Below, in pieces: positions 12,449 through 25,880 of a stretch of DNA of 64,000 nt. Within the stretch, counting starts at the first letter, position 1. Each line of letters starts with the position of its first letter. Both the position numbers and the translations under genes were made by a program. A model generated the notes under the pieces. That model had not been told where the DNA came from. It saw only the letters and a list, made by a program, of their open reading frames with translations, and made no database searches. This stretch comes from Takakia lepidozioides (lineage: Eukaryota; Plantae; Bryophyta): assembly GCA_030704615.1 (NCBI GenBank), contig CM060731.1, positions 56,792,001 through 56,856,000 of the forward strand, read 5' to 3'.

Positions 12449-14245
12449 GTTTGAGCCCCCCATTTTGCTTGTTTTTTCATGTTCAAAACGGCCACATAGG
12501 GCCACTCTGGCAGGTTCAATCCACCCCGAATTGGAAGCTCAAATAGTGTGCGTCAACGCACACTGTTTGAGCCCCCCTTGTGCCTTGTCTTTTGGTGTGG
12601 AAATGGTGCACACAGGGGCCTCTCTGTCTGGTTAAATCCACCCCTAATTCGAAGCTCAAACAGTGTGCGCCAACGCACACTGTTTGAGCCCCCCTTCTCA
12701 TTGTTTGTTTCATAATAAAATCGTCCAGACAGGGTATCTCTCTGAAGTTCAATGAACAATTTCCTAGCAGCTCAAACAGTGTGCGCCAATGCACACTGTT
12801 TGAGCCCCCCTTTGTGATTTTTTTTTTTTCATAATAAAATCGTCCAGATAGGGTATTTGTGTGAGGTTCAATGAACAATTTCCTGGCAGCTCAAACAGTG
12901 TGCGTCAATGCACACTGTTTGAGCCCCCCTTGTCATTGTTTTTTTCATGTGAAAATCGGCCGCATAGGGCCACTCTGGTAGGTCCATTCCACCCCTATTT
13001 GGAAGCTCAAACAGTGTGCGGCAACGCACACTGTTTGAGCCCCCTTTTTAGCTTGTTCCTTCATGTGAAAATCGGGCACGTAGGCCCAATGTGGCAGGTT
13101 GAATCCACCCCGAATTGGAAGCTCAAACAGTGTGCGGCAACGCATACTGTTTGAGCCCCCCATTTGCCTTGTTTTTGGGTGTTTAAATAGTGCACACAGG
13201 GGCCTGTCTGTCTGGTTCAATCCACCCCTATTTCGAAACTCAAATAGTGTGCGCCAACGCACGCTGTTTGAGCCCCCCTTCTCATTGTTTTTTTCATAAT
13301 AAAATTGTCCAGACAGGGTATCTCTCTGAGGTTCAATCCACACTAATCTGGCAGCTCAAACAGTGTGCGTCAACTCACACTGTTTGAGCCCCCCTTGTAA
13401 TTGTTTCTTTTATGTGAAAATCGTGCACACAGTCGCCTCTCTCTAAGGTTCATTCCACACCTTTTTGGAAGCTCAAACAGTATGCGGCATTGCACACTGT
13501 TTGAGCCCACACTTGACATTATTTTTTCATTTTAGAATCGACCACAAAGGTCATCTCTGTCAGGTTCAATTCACACTTACCTGGCAGCCCAAACAGTGTG
13601 CGTCAACACACACTGTTTGAGCCCCCTGATTTGCTTGTTTTTGGACATGAAAATTGTGCACCTAGGGCCAGTCTGGCAGGTTGAATCCACCCCAAAATGG
13701 AAGCTCAAATAGTGTGCGCCAACGCACACTGTTTGAGCCCCCTTCACTGCCTTTTCTTTTATTTCAAAATCGGCCACTCATGGCCACTATGCCATGTTAA
13801 AATCACACTGTTTGAGCCCCCTTATCTGCTTGTTTTTTTATGTGAAAATTAGGCACCTAGGGCCACTCTGGCAGGTTGAATCCAACCCTTATTGGAAGCT
13901 CAAACAGTGTGCGGCAACGCACACTGTTTTGAGCCCCCTCTCTGCTTGTTTTTCTATGTGAAATTGGGCCAAACAGGGCCAGTATGCATTCTCAAAACTC
14001 CCATAGTTGGAAGCACGAAGAGTGTGCGGCAACGCACACTGTTTGTGCCCCCTTTTTGCCCCCTCTCTGCCTGTTTTTTTTGTGGAAATGTGCCACATAG
14101 GGCCAAATATCATGTTCAAAACACCACTATTTGGAAGCTGAAACATTGTGCGGCAACGCACGGTGTTTTCGGCCCCTACAATGCTTGTTTTCTGATGAGA
14201 AATTGGGCCACACAGGGCCTGTCTGCCATGCTCAAAACACCATCG
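12449..14245. repeat. Tandem array of ~117-bp units, each with a 36-bp hairpin GCTCAAACAGTGTGCG-N4-CGCACACTGTTTGAGC
   Basis: Hairpins start near 12537, 12654, 12770, 12889, 13005, 13121, 13238, 13354, 13471, 13587, 13703, 13898, 14013 and 14137, with half-copies at 12449 and 13804. Confidence 0.97.
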
Positions 14246-14290
14246 TTTCATGCATCTCTCTTATATCAATTTGAATGAACAACCCTGCAG

Positions 14291-15735
14291 GAGAAGATGC
14301 AAAGTGTGGCGGATGAGATCCCTTCGGGGCAGGGGAAGGAGATCATTGTTGATGTGGACGATGAGTTCTATGAAAGTAAAGCCGCTGAGATGTTGGGGGG
14401 TCAGAAGGTAAACTCTCAGCTTGTGGTTCAAAGTATGCTTGCCCCGGGTGGGAGGTTGAAGATTCCCCTGTGTAGGTTGGTTTCCATGCCCGTTGTTCGT
14501 CCACCCCTCATCAAGGACATCCTGAAGCTGGAGGCCGAGTTTGTTCATGGGTATTTGGATGGATCCGCAGTCTTTTATGTTTCTACAAGGGATTCCAGAG
14601 GCAATGAGCTCCTTGTGGATGAGTCAATCGTGGACTCCTGGGATCCCATTTGGAGATAGGTGAACAAATCATTCGAATTTCTTCTCTCCAGGAAACCTTC
14701 CACCCAGGCATTCTCAAGGAAGATGTTTCACGTTTGGGATGGCAACCACCGGTTGCTTGCATGGATGGCTGTCATTGGGAGGCTGCACTCACAAGAGGAA
14801 GAGTGGCATTACTCTGTTCGATTGATGGTGCTGGATTGTGACGGGAACATGATGGGTCGGCAATGAATGATGTGAACATGTTGGTTTCTCATTCTACATG
14901 TTCCACTTGTGGTTCCGTGGTTCTTTGGTTCCAGTCCTCTGTTGACGGTCCTTGAATTTCATTCTGACTTTCAGACATCATTCTGCTGAGGGACGAAGAC
15001 AGCGCATGTCAAAACGAGTCTGGTTCACACACTGTACAGGATACAAAGGATCAGGCAGATGCCCTTGACCAACTTCAAGACCATCCTTTCAGCAGAGACG
15101 TACAAGAAGTGCGAAAGCTCCAAGACATCAGAAACGTAGTACTCGTTGACCCGTGAGGCTTTCATGGAGTATATGTACGCGGTGAGATACATCTTCCATC
15201 ATCTGGCCTTTCGATATTCTTGCTTCCACATGTTTGTTTCTGTTTGTTTCCCTTGCCCTTGGGTTGATGCAACTCTCGTGCATTCCCTTGCAGTAAGACA
15301 TTACAGATGTAGGAGAGCGTGGCAAACTGGAATACTACAGCTCTACCCCTGAGGAGAGAAGGACAACAAAGGGTGTTGAGAGTCACATCCAGAAAGAGAT
15401 GACCGCCACAAGAAGGACTATTATGAGTGCTTTTGTGAAACAACTGAGGATTGCAGACCCAACCTTCGGACCAGAGTTCCTTCAAGAGGTGAAAAACCAT
15501 TACAACAAGCCAGGCAAGCCGGAGATGGCCCAGGAGAAGTTACACAGGTTGTCTACTGCCGTTGTGTCTTCAGAACAGAAGGTGAAGTGGCTATAGATAT
15601 GGAACTCCGATCCCACTATTAGGGATACCCACATGTTCCCCAGGACGGAGAAAGAGAAGAAGACCCAGCGTGTCATTCATGTCAGTGACAATGTGCTAGA
15701 CACATGGCTTCACAAGGCCACTTATTGGAGCCAGG
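14291..15735 (+). pseudogene. Multi-exon gene with a ParB/Srx-like N-terminal domain, disrupted
   Basis: IPLCRLVSMPVVRP...FHVWDGNHRLLAW contains the ParB-type DGxHRxxA motif. In-frame stops at 14657, ~15137 and ~15594; GT donors near 15182 and 15735. Confidence 0.6.
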
Positions 15736-16119
15736 TATGATGTCATTTGCTGTGTCACTTTCTTTTCGCTTTTTCTGTCATTCTCTTTCCATGTTACATT
15801 GGTTGTGATTGTTTTTGGGTTCATTCGTTTACGGTTTGCAATCTCATCCTCTCTCATGCTCTCTTCCTAGCCTTGCTGCTTGTGAAGTACAATGACTTCC
15901 TTCTATTTTTCCTCTGAAAACAAACACTCCCCTCACTGCCTCTCGAGCTCTCCAGTTTGACGGTTTGCAAACAACGGATTCACTTGCTATGCAAACTGTT
16001 GGCAAATGAATTGGGTCATGTTCGGATATGTGTTTGGCTCATCCATACGGCGAAAGTCCGTTCATCCACGTGTACATATGTAGTTCCAGAAGCATTTGGA
16101 AGGGTTTGGGGTAATTATC

Positions 16120-16500
16120 GGCAGCGACGACAATGCTTGGTAAATCCTGCCAGCATTGAAGTCCACGTGATCAAAGATCGTTCAAGCATTCTTCTGAACA
16201 CATGGTGAGCATCCATGATGCTCCCGCACTTACCATACATGTTTGCAAGGGTGGTGAGTAAGAAAACATTTCACAGGGATCCGCTTTGGATGATGTGAGT
16301 GTGCATTTGCTTTCCAGCTTCCGATCCTTTTATCTTGATGCACTAAAGCAGAAGACAAACATACGTATGTGGATATGCTGCAATGCCTCCTTGGTTCAAA
16401 GTCAGAAGAACCTCTTCCAGTCTGTCTGCCTCACGAAGTATGTTCACATGCCAAGAATGGGTGGCCACAAGCTGTGCTCACGACGTAGCCACATTCCCAT
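16120..16500 (-). pseudogene. Degenerate N-terminal PLS-PPR fragment, paralogous to 42060-42400
   Basis: DNA similarity to the DYW gene, e.g. gtgagcatccatgatgctcccgcactta at 16206 and 42140; contains frameshifts. Confidence 0.8.
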
Positions 16501-16959
16501 GCAAGGGCTTGGTATGTTAATAACGTCTAAATAGCATTGCCTGGAAAGGGCTAATCAATCTGTGGTAATAGGTGCCACACATGGTAATAGGCCCTGCATG
16601 TTCGCTCCAGCATGCTGATGTGGCGCGAGCCTATGCTGGGCTCATGGGCTCCTAGGCTCACAGGCTCACGCCTCCAGGTTCAAGGAATAGCAGCCCCCAA
16701 TCCGGTAGAGGAAGGGGTATAAACCCATAGCGCCGGAATCATGCTTCACAGACAAAAATTCAATATTAAGAGTTTTGACATCTCATTAATTATTACCATT
16801 ATTATATTTACATCTCCTATCATAAAATATTAATAAATTGAAGCATGCTTGTCACAAAATCAAAGTAATATTTGAAAGTGCTATAACATTTTACATTGAA
16901 TAGGGAGACTCTCATCTTCTTTAGCCAAAATGAGACCTCCCGCTCTCTACTCTTCAGTA

Positions 16960-18197
16960 TAGTCTGCTTGTAAACAAGGGTGTGTTAGAAACAAAAGAAA
17001 GAAATAAATGAAATGGTACTTTGTAACATCCACGGAAAACTCGAAAAGCTTTTGGGACAAAAAGGAAAAAATGAAAAAATGAAAGAAGAGACAAAACCAC
17101 AGCTCAAAAGCAACTATTGCTCAAGGGATTGCCGCCCTTATAAGGGCCAAGACCTCATGCAAATAAACTACCAAGCATTTTCTGATCCTCATAATGGAAG
17201 ACTTCAGTGAGAGATTGGGTTTTCACGGAATAGAGAGTTGAATATCCCACAGATCTCATAGTATAGAGGGCAATAAAAGAAGAAGTGTTCAGCAGTTTTG
17301 AATTCTTAGTTGCGACTGGTGCATGCTAAGCATAGGCGATCCTCATTGGAGGTTTTTCCATCTACCAGTCTCTATTTGTAGATCGAGGGAGCCCACACTA
17401 GACCGCCCCAATGCCTTGAGGAGGGAGGGAGATAAAGACAAATTGGACCACAATATTCTATCGTTACGGAGAACCAAGAATGTCTCCCGATAGAAATGGA
17501 GTTTTGTTGTGAGAGTGGGTAGCTTCCACGTTTTCTTGACATGTAGTTCCATAAGTTCTCTTCTGATGAGTCTATTGCGATCTTGTTTGGATGTGATTTC
17601 TGTATTTTGTAGCAACAGGGAAGCAATAGAGAGTCCATTGCGTTGTAAAAACTACATACTCGAGCATATCAGGAGGCCTTGAAACCTGCTGTTTTGAGCC
17701 TAATAGGTGTTGTGAGGGCTCTTGCCACGAGCTCTTTGGGTGGAAGGCCTTGGAACCTTTCAAGAAAGATTGTAAGCCGGAAGAGGGTCTCGGTTTGAAG
17801 TGGTACACATGCAAACTCTGTACATATGATGTGTGATCGGAGTTGTGCTTCTAGCGCCAGACATTGCTTGAAGATGAATTTGCGTCTGCATGACCATTGA
17901 AAACCCTGATCTTAATTTTGCTAAGATTGACCTGCAACCCATAGTCGTTGGAGAATTTCTCCAGGATGTAAAGATGGCGTTGTAGGAAGACAAGAGATTG
18001 TGCCAAGAGGGCAACATCATTAATATAGAGAAGTGTTGACTACATTGGCCCCACATCGAAAGGCACCCAACTCCATGCAGGTTTTTTGAAATGTAACCCT
18101 TAACAACGTCTATGTAGATCCAGTGGAGGGGGCAACCCTGTTTGACCCCAACGTTGTTATGGATCTCTGTCGAGAATTCCCTCGTGACTTTGACCAT
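16960..18197 (-). mobile_element. 5'-truncated, decayed LINE (RTE-like) RT and 3' end
   Basis: NVGVKQGCPL RT motif (ORF 17760-18197) and the downstream LQIETGRW motif typical of RTE-like C-termini; many frameshifts. Confidence 0.75.
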
Positions 18198-18924
18198 GCC
18201 AATGGCAATCTCGTATATAGATAAGATGGCTTATATGATGTCCATGTATTGGATATATGTCAGATGTACTTCGCCGCCTGCCAATATATGGCGGCCTTCT
18301 GGAATGGTTTCAAATTCGGAAGTGCCGCACAAATCTAATGCTAGTTCAATTTGGAACAGTTCTTGCAGATTCCCCATAAATGTTGTGCTTCACATATGCA
18401 TCCACGTGTTTCGTACTGCCTGCCCTGTGCTGTGCATTTTGCCGTCATCGTCGCCATGGGGTCATTCGGTATAAAGGGTTGTGTCGGAAATGATCTTGTG
18501 TTGCACACATCCGTGCGAGGTGACTCTTGGAGTGTCAGTGTTTGTGCTGTGCTCTTCTGGCACGGCACGACCTCATTACATTCGGGGTCTTCCTGTTTAC
18601 TGCTCTCCAGGGTTTTTGCCGTCTTTCTATAAAGGATGGTTTCATGTCATGTTCAGGGTTTGTTTTTCATCCAAAAACAGCACGGCTGCTTGTGGCCTTC
18701 TTTATTTGAAAACAATTTTTCTAGTTGGTGTCTCTCAGCGTGGTTATCTCCGAAGTTCAGTGCATGTCATTCTTGCATCCTTCTGATGCATCGACCGCAG
18801 CATTTGGGTTACTGCTACCCTTGTTGACCTCAATTTTTTTGTGGTGGATCCCCTTTCCAGAATTGCGGGCTATCAAATCGGGGATTCCGTTGTGAATCGA
18901 AAGTTTTGGTCAGCGTAGGAAAAC

Positions 18925-21900
18925 ATGTCTAAGGACAGAGATAGACTAGCACGATTTCATTCCAATGCAGGTAGTCTTCCAATGACTGCCACTGCAGACG
19001 ACGATGGGTTTGCAGTTGTTCATGAGGATGAGCTGGTTACAGTGTTCCCATTGGAATTGGGTTCTCTGCTTATTCAAAAGGAGGTGTATGACGAGGATGA
19101 GAATTTGGATTCTGGACATTTGGAAAAACCATTGGTTGGCGAGTGTGGAAGGAAGTGGAGAGTCCTTCCAGGCACATACCGTGTCCTTGGAAAAGAGAGA
19201 AGACAATCAGCAGGATCAGTCATTACCCCTGGAACTGCAGCATCGGTCGTGCAGCAGAAGGGCACAGTTCATGTGAAAAAAGAGGTGAGCACATCCACTA
19301 CATTCGTGACTATTTCAGACTCGTCCTCGGAGGATGTTTCTGAGATTCCTCCGCCAGTGCAGACTCCATTCTTGGATGAATCCGAATTGCAAGAGATAAC
19401 GAGTGTCATTCCAAAATTGAAAGCCCTCGCAGGGGTGCCTGGGTGCAAGAGCGAGCTGCGTTTTGTTGATTGGGAGTCCCTTCGTGTGCAGCGGGTTCAA
19501 TACGTGCCAGCAGAGTTTGATGGGGACATCTTGTTTGAGCTCAACCCTCCCCCGTCTTCCAATGGACTGGCTGGGCTTCTGCAGGGCATGGACAAGAAAC
19601 ATGACGGACACCCTTGGTGCAGGACAAAAACGTCAAACATCCACAACGACATTGGATTGAAATTTCGAAGGTCGGTTTGCGTTGGGCATTGCAAGTGCCT
19701 GAATATAACTTGCCCTCGCCTGAGAAACAGCACTCAACCAAACGAGAGTGAGTGGGAAGGTGTGCCATTGAATCCTTTCACCCCAGGACTTGCCCCTCCC
19801 AAGACCAATACTTTTGTGTGCAGGTTCTGCAAACTTTCCCCGTCCTGTGTTTCTGTGTGCCACGCTCGTATGTACCAGGTGGCACACCGATGCAAAACAA
19901 TGACTCGTGCCTGCATTCATATGGGTGCACACGAGCATCCTGTGTCCAAAGGAAGTTGCAGGGATAGCGTGGACATCGCTAGAAATCTGCTGAAGCGGGA
20001 GTTCCACAATGCCCCTTCTGCAACACCTTCTGCTATAGCGCTTGCAGCTAGCAAGGCTTTCCTGGAAAAACACATATCGGGTGAAGGGGATTCGACACAG
20101 CCAATGCTGGATGCAGATTCACTTGATGGAGTGATGGACCATTTCTCCGTGTTGAGCTCTCCCAATATTCGAAACCAGGTGAATGCACTCAGAGTCGGCA
20201 CAGGCAATGCTGGAATCATGGACAACATTATGGACCTCAAACGGAGAAGTCGCTATGAATTCATTCAAAACAGTATCTTCCCTGGCCAGGGCTCATCCAA
20301 GGTTTATTTGTTCAAGATGTCCGCAGTGGGCGAAGGCAGTGGTGTTAGCATTGTCCGCCGAATGCAACCTGGAGGAGATTTGGCTAAATGTTGGTTGATG
20401 TTTGATCACTGCAAACGGGTGAAGGGTTGGACAACCATGGCGTGCCATGTGTATGATCCAGCGTACCAACGTGTGCTCTCAATAGCAATTTGTGACACGC
20501 AGTCGGAGGACATTGAATCCCAGATGCTCATGTGGAATTCGCTCCTGGCCGTCATGCAGCGCAACGGAATACAGAAGACAAATTTTGCGGGCTTCATGGC
20601 TGATAGTGCACAGGCAAATTTCAATGCAGTGCGGCGCGTGTTTGGTTCGGGGGATCCTAAGGTCCCAATGGAAAATAGGGAGCGCACATGCCTCTTCCAT
20701 TGGAGTCAATCTCTGGCACGTCATACAAAGCAGTGCATTCGCCTTGACCTTCAGTTGGAGCACAGAAGGCTCTGTCTCAAGTACAAAAATGCCAACTCAA
20801 TGGGAGAAGCTGAGAGCACTTACCAAGCAATCCGGGCTTGGTGGTTCTCCTCTGGTGCTGCTACTGGTATCCACCTGAAGGAGTTGGAGGACTGGTTGGT
20901 TTTCTGGCACTTCAGATACAGACAGTGGGGAGCTTTCATGACGACGGTAAGCCTCTCGAATCCCAAAATCAGAAATTTTGCAACATGCCTCTTCATTTGG
21001 GGTTCTTGGATTGTCGCTTGAAGAACCTCTTCCATTTCCTTTCCTTCCTCACATTTCCATGCAATGCCTCGTGCAGGAAATGTCCTTGGAGGACTTGGCC
21101 GACATGCCATCCTGTAATTTGGCAGAGACTGTTCATAACGCCTGGATGCAGCAATCTACCAAAGCAGGTCGTGACTTGTATGTGGCCACTGCTGATGACA
21201 TGGTGCGGGCACTCACACAACAAACCAGGTACCGCAATTTTCTGATGGGACGGGGTGGAGGCAAGGGCCCCGGTTCGACTTTGTTGATGCTAAGGGCTGC
21301 GAGTAGGTCTGGAGACCCATCCAAGATGGCCAAAGCTCTGAACAGGTGCACTGAAGGCTCCCCATTGCAATCCAGGCTCCCTCATTTGGAAGGCGAGGAA
21401 AGATTTGGATCATGCAAAAGGAAATTGAACACTCTTCCAGGTTCAGATGGAGATTCCCATCGCCCAGACAGGGTCAATTTCTCTGTGCCAAAGGTGTCTC
21501 CAGTGCAGACTAAGTCCTGTGCCGGCCCCTTCCCAGGTGGGTCCTCCTCCTGTGGAGCAGGTGCAGAACATGCAAGCACAGCAGCAGGAATCCCATTGGA
21601 GGAGGTGGTGGCCATGGTGCAGGAATCTGATTGCATTGATAGTGAGTGGCATATAGAACGCACCCCACCAGGATCTAGAGTTGCTTGCATGGCAATTCGG
21701 ACCCCCTCTTTCAAGAAATGCAAATCAAAAATATGCAAAGGCTCCAGGGGGACTCCAGCTCCAACATTCACAGGGTTGTTCCGACCTTATCATAGTGGGG
21801 AGTCAAAGGACCACAAGTTCTGGTTCTGCCCAGACGATATGGCACGATGCGTCAAGGGAACAGTTCGTCCTTCGGTGATAATGAAACCCCCTCCCCCCGC

Positions 21901-22399
21901 AATTTGGCCTGTGAAACTTGGGACGTCGCTGTCAACAACCGAGATAAGCATGCTGGAGGAGGGAGGGTTTTGTCTTGCACGATCCCGAGTGGTGCCCTTG
22001 TGCACTGTCGGCACAGATGTGCCACAAGCTCCGGCAATGCCTCCACCCGGTGCCGACTCCCACCCAACAAAAAGAGATGGAAAAACAGTGCGCCGTGTCG
22101 CTTCGGGTGCAGATCACGAATGCAAGATGGAATCGGCTAGAATTTTGCAGGCTCGGGTGGCTCGTATCACCGAAGTCCCTGCCCCGGGGTATGGACGGAT
22201 TTACACAGTGCTGTCTATTGGCTCAGTTCTTCATGGCAAAGAATATCAGGTTACCGTGGGGAATTTCCCTACTTGCACTTGTCCGGATTTTGTAACGATG
22301 CGTGAGGGCGCTCTCGGCATGAGAGGGAAGTGGGTCCCCTGCAAGCATCAATATTACATATACCTTGTAATTATGTGTTGCGACGGTAAGAGAGACTAA
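18925..22399 (+). mobile_element. MULE-superfamily DDE transposase with an N-terminal GCM-like Cys/His region and a C-terminal SWIM finger; nearly intact
   Basis: A phase-0 intron at 20947-21076 joins two ORFs into ~1114 aa. Motifs: WLMFDH (D), GFMADSAQAN (D), CLFHW (CxxH), NLAETVH (E); SWIM CTCPDF...CKH. Confidence 0.85.
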
Positions 22400-22899
22400 T
22401 TCATTCCCAAGCCACACTAGGCTACGGAGAAGTCATCACCCTTCTGCAGCGGGACACCTCACGTAGGGCTCAGCCAAATTCTCTTTGAACACATACGAGC
22501 CATGCCCACTTCCCATACTGGTTTCAAGGTTACCGTGTGAAGACTTTGCATTTAGGACAAACACATACATTTCGTTCACGGAACCAGGGCAAATGCACAT
22601 GCCATTCATTGTAAGCGTCTATCTGTGAATTGAAATAGAGTGTGTCAATCATTCTGAGCTCTATTCTGCCATATTTTCATATTACTCTTTTTGTGCAGGC
22701 ATTGTAGACATGGTGCATGGTGGCCCCCTTTGTTTTGTCCACGGTAATAGGCCCTCTTCTTGCAATCCTCGCCTATAGGACCTGCTTCTCCAGCAAATTT
22801 GTGCCGCTCACGCTTTGCACCCTAAACGTGAGCTCAGCTCACGCTTTGCACCCTAAACGTGAGCTCAGCTCCCAGGCTCACGGGGCTGGGCTCACGCCG

Positions 22900-23350
22900 T
22901 AGCTACGCTGCTACCAGACTGACCAGCACACTGAACAGTGGACACATGGAAGGACTGCCGAGCAACCTGTGGCGGGGCAGCATACTGTCTTCATTGATGA
23001 GCAGACTGAACCACAGACTAACCAGCAGACTGCACAGGTCACAGATGGAAGGACTGACCAGGATGGCTCGGAGCGGCAGACTGCACAGCTCAGCTCTGAC
23101 TGCACAGTTCAGATTGCACGGCCTGACCAGCACACTGCACTCTTCACAGAGGGAAGGACTGACGACCAACCTGCCACCGAGCACATTGCCCACATTGAGG
23201 AAGAGACTGAACCGCAGAGTTGCCAGTAGACTGCACAGTTCACAGACGAAAGGACTGACGAAGAACCGACGGCCGAGCAGACTGCCCACATTGAGCAACA
23301 GACTGAACATGCTGGCAGGCACACTGACAAGGAACCACATGCGGCGTAGA
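22900..23350. repeat. Low-complexity GACTG/CAGACTG-rich degenerate tandem repeat, possibly coding an acidic Q/T-rich linker
   Basis: Repeated gcagactgcacag and gaaggactgac units; several reading frames are open. Confidence 0.7.
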
Positions 23351-23497
23351 CACCGTCTGGTATAGCGCTGGATTACATGGAGTCTGCTCCCTCACCCCTT
23401 GGGCAGGTTGTGCCATTTCCTCTTTCAGCACTGTTGTTTTGTTTTAGCACATTGTGAAATTGGGCTAATTTGACATTTTGCTCGGTATCCTCACAGG

Positions 23498-25178
23498 ATG
23501 TTCGTCCCTCTGTTGGCAGACTGTCTACTTTTAAGGACCTGACATCTTCCACCCATGCTGCAAACGTGGGATCGACAACCAAGAAAGGTGTGGGGGTGAG
23601 CACGCCCCCCGATGCGCGGGTCAGTTCTACGCATGTGACCCACGAAGCTGCAAAGACAGGTCCAGCAAGTATAAACAAACCTGCTGACCAGCCTCTGTTG
23701 CGAAGTAGGGCGGCAGCACTGCATTTGTCTGCTCTATCTAGCCCGCCTACAGCTGGCCCTGCTTCCCAAGGGAGAGGCAAAGCCAAGAAGCGGACTGTCG
23801 TGGACCATGCTGAGGAGGTCGAGGAGGGTCCGAGTACCAAGAGACCGGTGAAGAAAAAGTCTGACGTCTTTATGAACAAGAACCGCAAGCTGGCCTTGGA
23901 CATGGACAAAGATGTGGGTCGTTTCCTGGAGCAGCACAGGTGAGTATTGTGCTCAGTCTCCTCGTCTGTCTTTGTCGTTAAGTGCTTTGCGCTCTGTTGT
24001 GGTCAGTTTGCACGCTGGTCAGTCTGCTGCTGGTTTCATCATTGTCTGTTGTGGTTAGTCTTGTCAGTCTGATGAATTGTTCAGCCTGTAGAGTGTTTGG
24101 TACCATGTTGACGTCAGTCTGTTCAGTACATGAGGCTTCCCGAAGGATGGTCTGCTCTGTGCAGGATGGGTGCTCGGTTTGGCAAAGCACATGCTCTGTA
24201 CATGAAGGCGGGTAATACCATGTTGATGTTTTTTGAAGGGGACCCACGGTTTGAATGTGGACTGTCGCCGGATGACATAAAGGCGGTCCAGAAGGTTGAG
24301 TCGGAGTGCACAGATAGACTCCTGGAGCTGTGGTGTCGATTCTATGAGAAGTCGGTTGAGGCTGCGTTCACCAACACTATTGCTGTTCTTCCAACGTCGA
24401 CGTGGACGGTGTTGAAGTCATTGGGGGTGGGGCAACATGAAAGCCTTCTGGAGGTCTTGAAAGGTTGCCTCAGCACTGAACGACTGGGCAAGGACTTGAA
24501 AGAGTGCGATTTCATTTTGGTGCCAATTGGGGACGAGTAAGAACTCTTCTAAGTCTGCTGAGACTGTCTCCTGAGTCATAGTCTGGTTTCGCAGTGTCGT
24601 CTTGACTCCGAGCGATTAAGTTGACCTCTGTATTTGTGCAGTGGACTGGGTTTGAAGATTGAGTCTGCTGAGTGGTCGGTCTGCTGAGTGTCAGTCTGCT
24701 GAGTCTGCCCATCATGATTGTGCAATGACGCCATGTTGTTTGATACCATTGCAGGGGGCACTGGAGTGTTTGTATCATCGACCTCCGCAAGGGCTGTTAC
24801 ACTCACGTGAACTCTATCAGGGACTTGCATAAATGTCCCTTTGTTCTAGGATGGATTCGGAAGCTTCATGCTGAGTGCTTAGGGTACTCGATGGACTCAC
24901 CAGAGTGGCATGAGATTGTCCAAGCATTTCAGTTCCACGCGCCTGATGTGCCCCAGCAACCATTCAGCTGGGAGTGTGGCTTTTACATCATGTCATTCAT
25001 TCAAGTGTTTTATGAGTGGGTAAAAGTCAGAGCAAATGTCTCCAAGACTGCAAAGCCAGAGAGAGTAACACCTTTCACGAAGGACTGGTTTACTTTCAAG
25101 TTTGCACTTGGGCAGCGAATGCAGTGTGCCCAGTATATCATGCGGGGGTTGGACAATGTAGAGAAACTGCTCTCATGA
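23498..25178 (+). mobile_element. Transposon-associated Ulp1/C48 SUMO-protease-like gene (multi-exon)
   Basis: Spliced CDFILVPIGD|GHWSVCIIDLRKGCYTHVNSIR...DVPQQPFSWECGFYIM gives catalytic His, Asn in place of Asp, oxyanion Gln and Cys. GT donor near 24537, AG acceptor near 24754. Confidence 0.8.
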
Positions 25179-25685
25179 GTATGATGTACTTGTCCTATGA
25201 AGTCTATGTACCGAAATAAAAAATGCGAGTCTTTTCGCTAACTATTCCAATGGTGATGAGCACTTTTGTGTACTGTGGGTGCTGGCATGTTTTATGTTGT
25301 CACTAAACTCAATGGACACAATGGTGTCAATTTTTCCATGCACTGTGCACCCGAGTCTGCTGAGCTTGAATGTGCGAGCAGTACGCTGCCGAGGCTAGGA
25401 CTGCTGGGTCTGGTACCTAGTCTGGGAGGCACCATGTCCATGAGTCCGCTGGGACGCTGGATTGGCATAAGTTGCAGGGATGAGGTGGAAGTGTGGTGAG
25501 CAGACTTTTGGAGTGGGCAGCAGACTGGCTTACTGGCGCTTGCAGTCTGTTGACTGTGACTCTGTTGGGAGACTGCGTGAGTCCGTTGGGGACTATGCTT
25601 GGGAGACTGTGTGGGAGTCCGTTGGGAGACTGTGCATTAGTCCATTGCGGACTTGTATTTCAGAAAGGGACAATGCTACCAGAAG

Positions 25686-25880
25686 AATTGCAGACTTATA
25701 TTGTCTTCTTCGTGACACCTACCCGACATGAAACCTTGTCTCTTTTCGAGGAATTGCAAACTTATATTGTCTTCTCCGTGACACCTACACGACGTGAAAT
25801 CTTGTCTCTTTTCGAGGCATTGCAGACTTATATTGTCTTCTTCGTGACATCTACACGGCCTGAAACCTTGCGAATTTTCG
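25686..25880. repeat. Three ~66-bp tandem repeats
   Basis: ttgcagacttatattgtcttcttcgtgacacctac repeated at about 25689, 25754 and 25820. Confidence 0.85.

Noticed and set aside
12449-14245. CRISPR array (36-bp palindromic repeats with spacers)
   Set aside because: The ~80-bp linkers are homologous to each other, there are no cas genes, and the context is intron-rich eukaryotic DNA.
22806-22870. Interstitial telomere (ACCCTAAA in a 31-bp tandem duplication)
   Set aside because: Only single telobox-like motifs within a short duplication.
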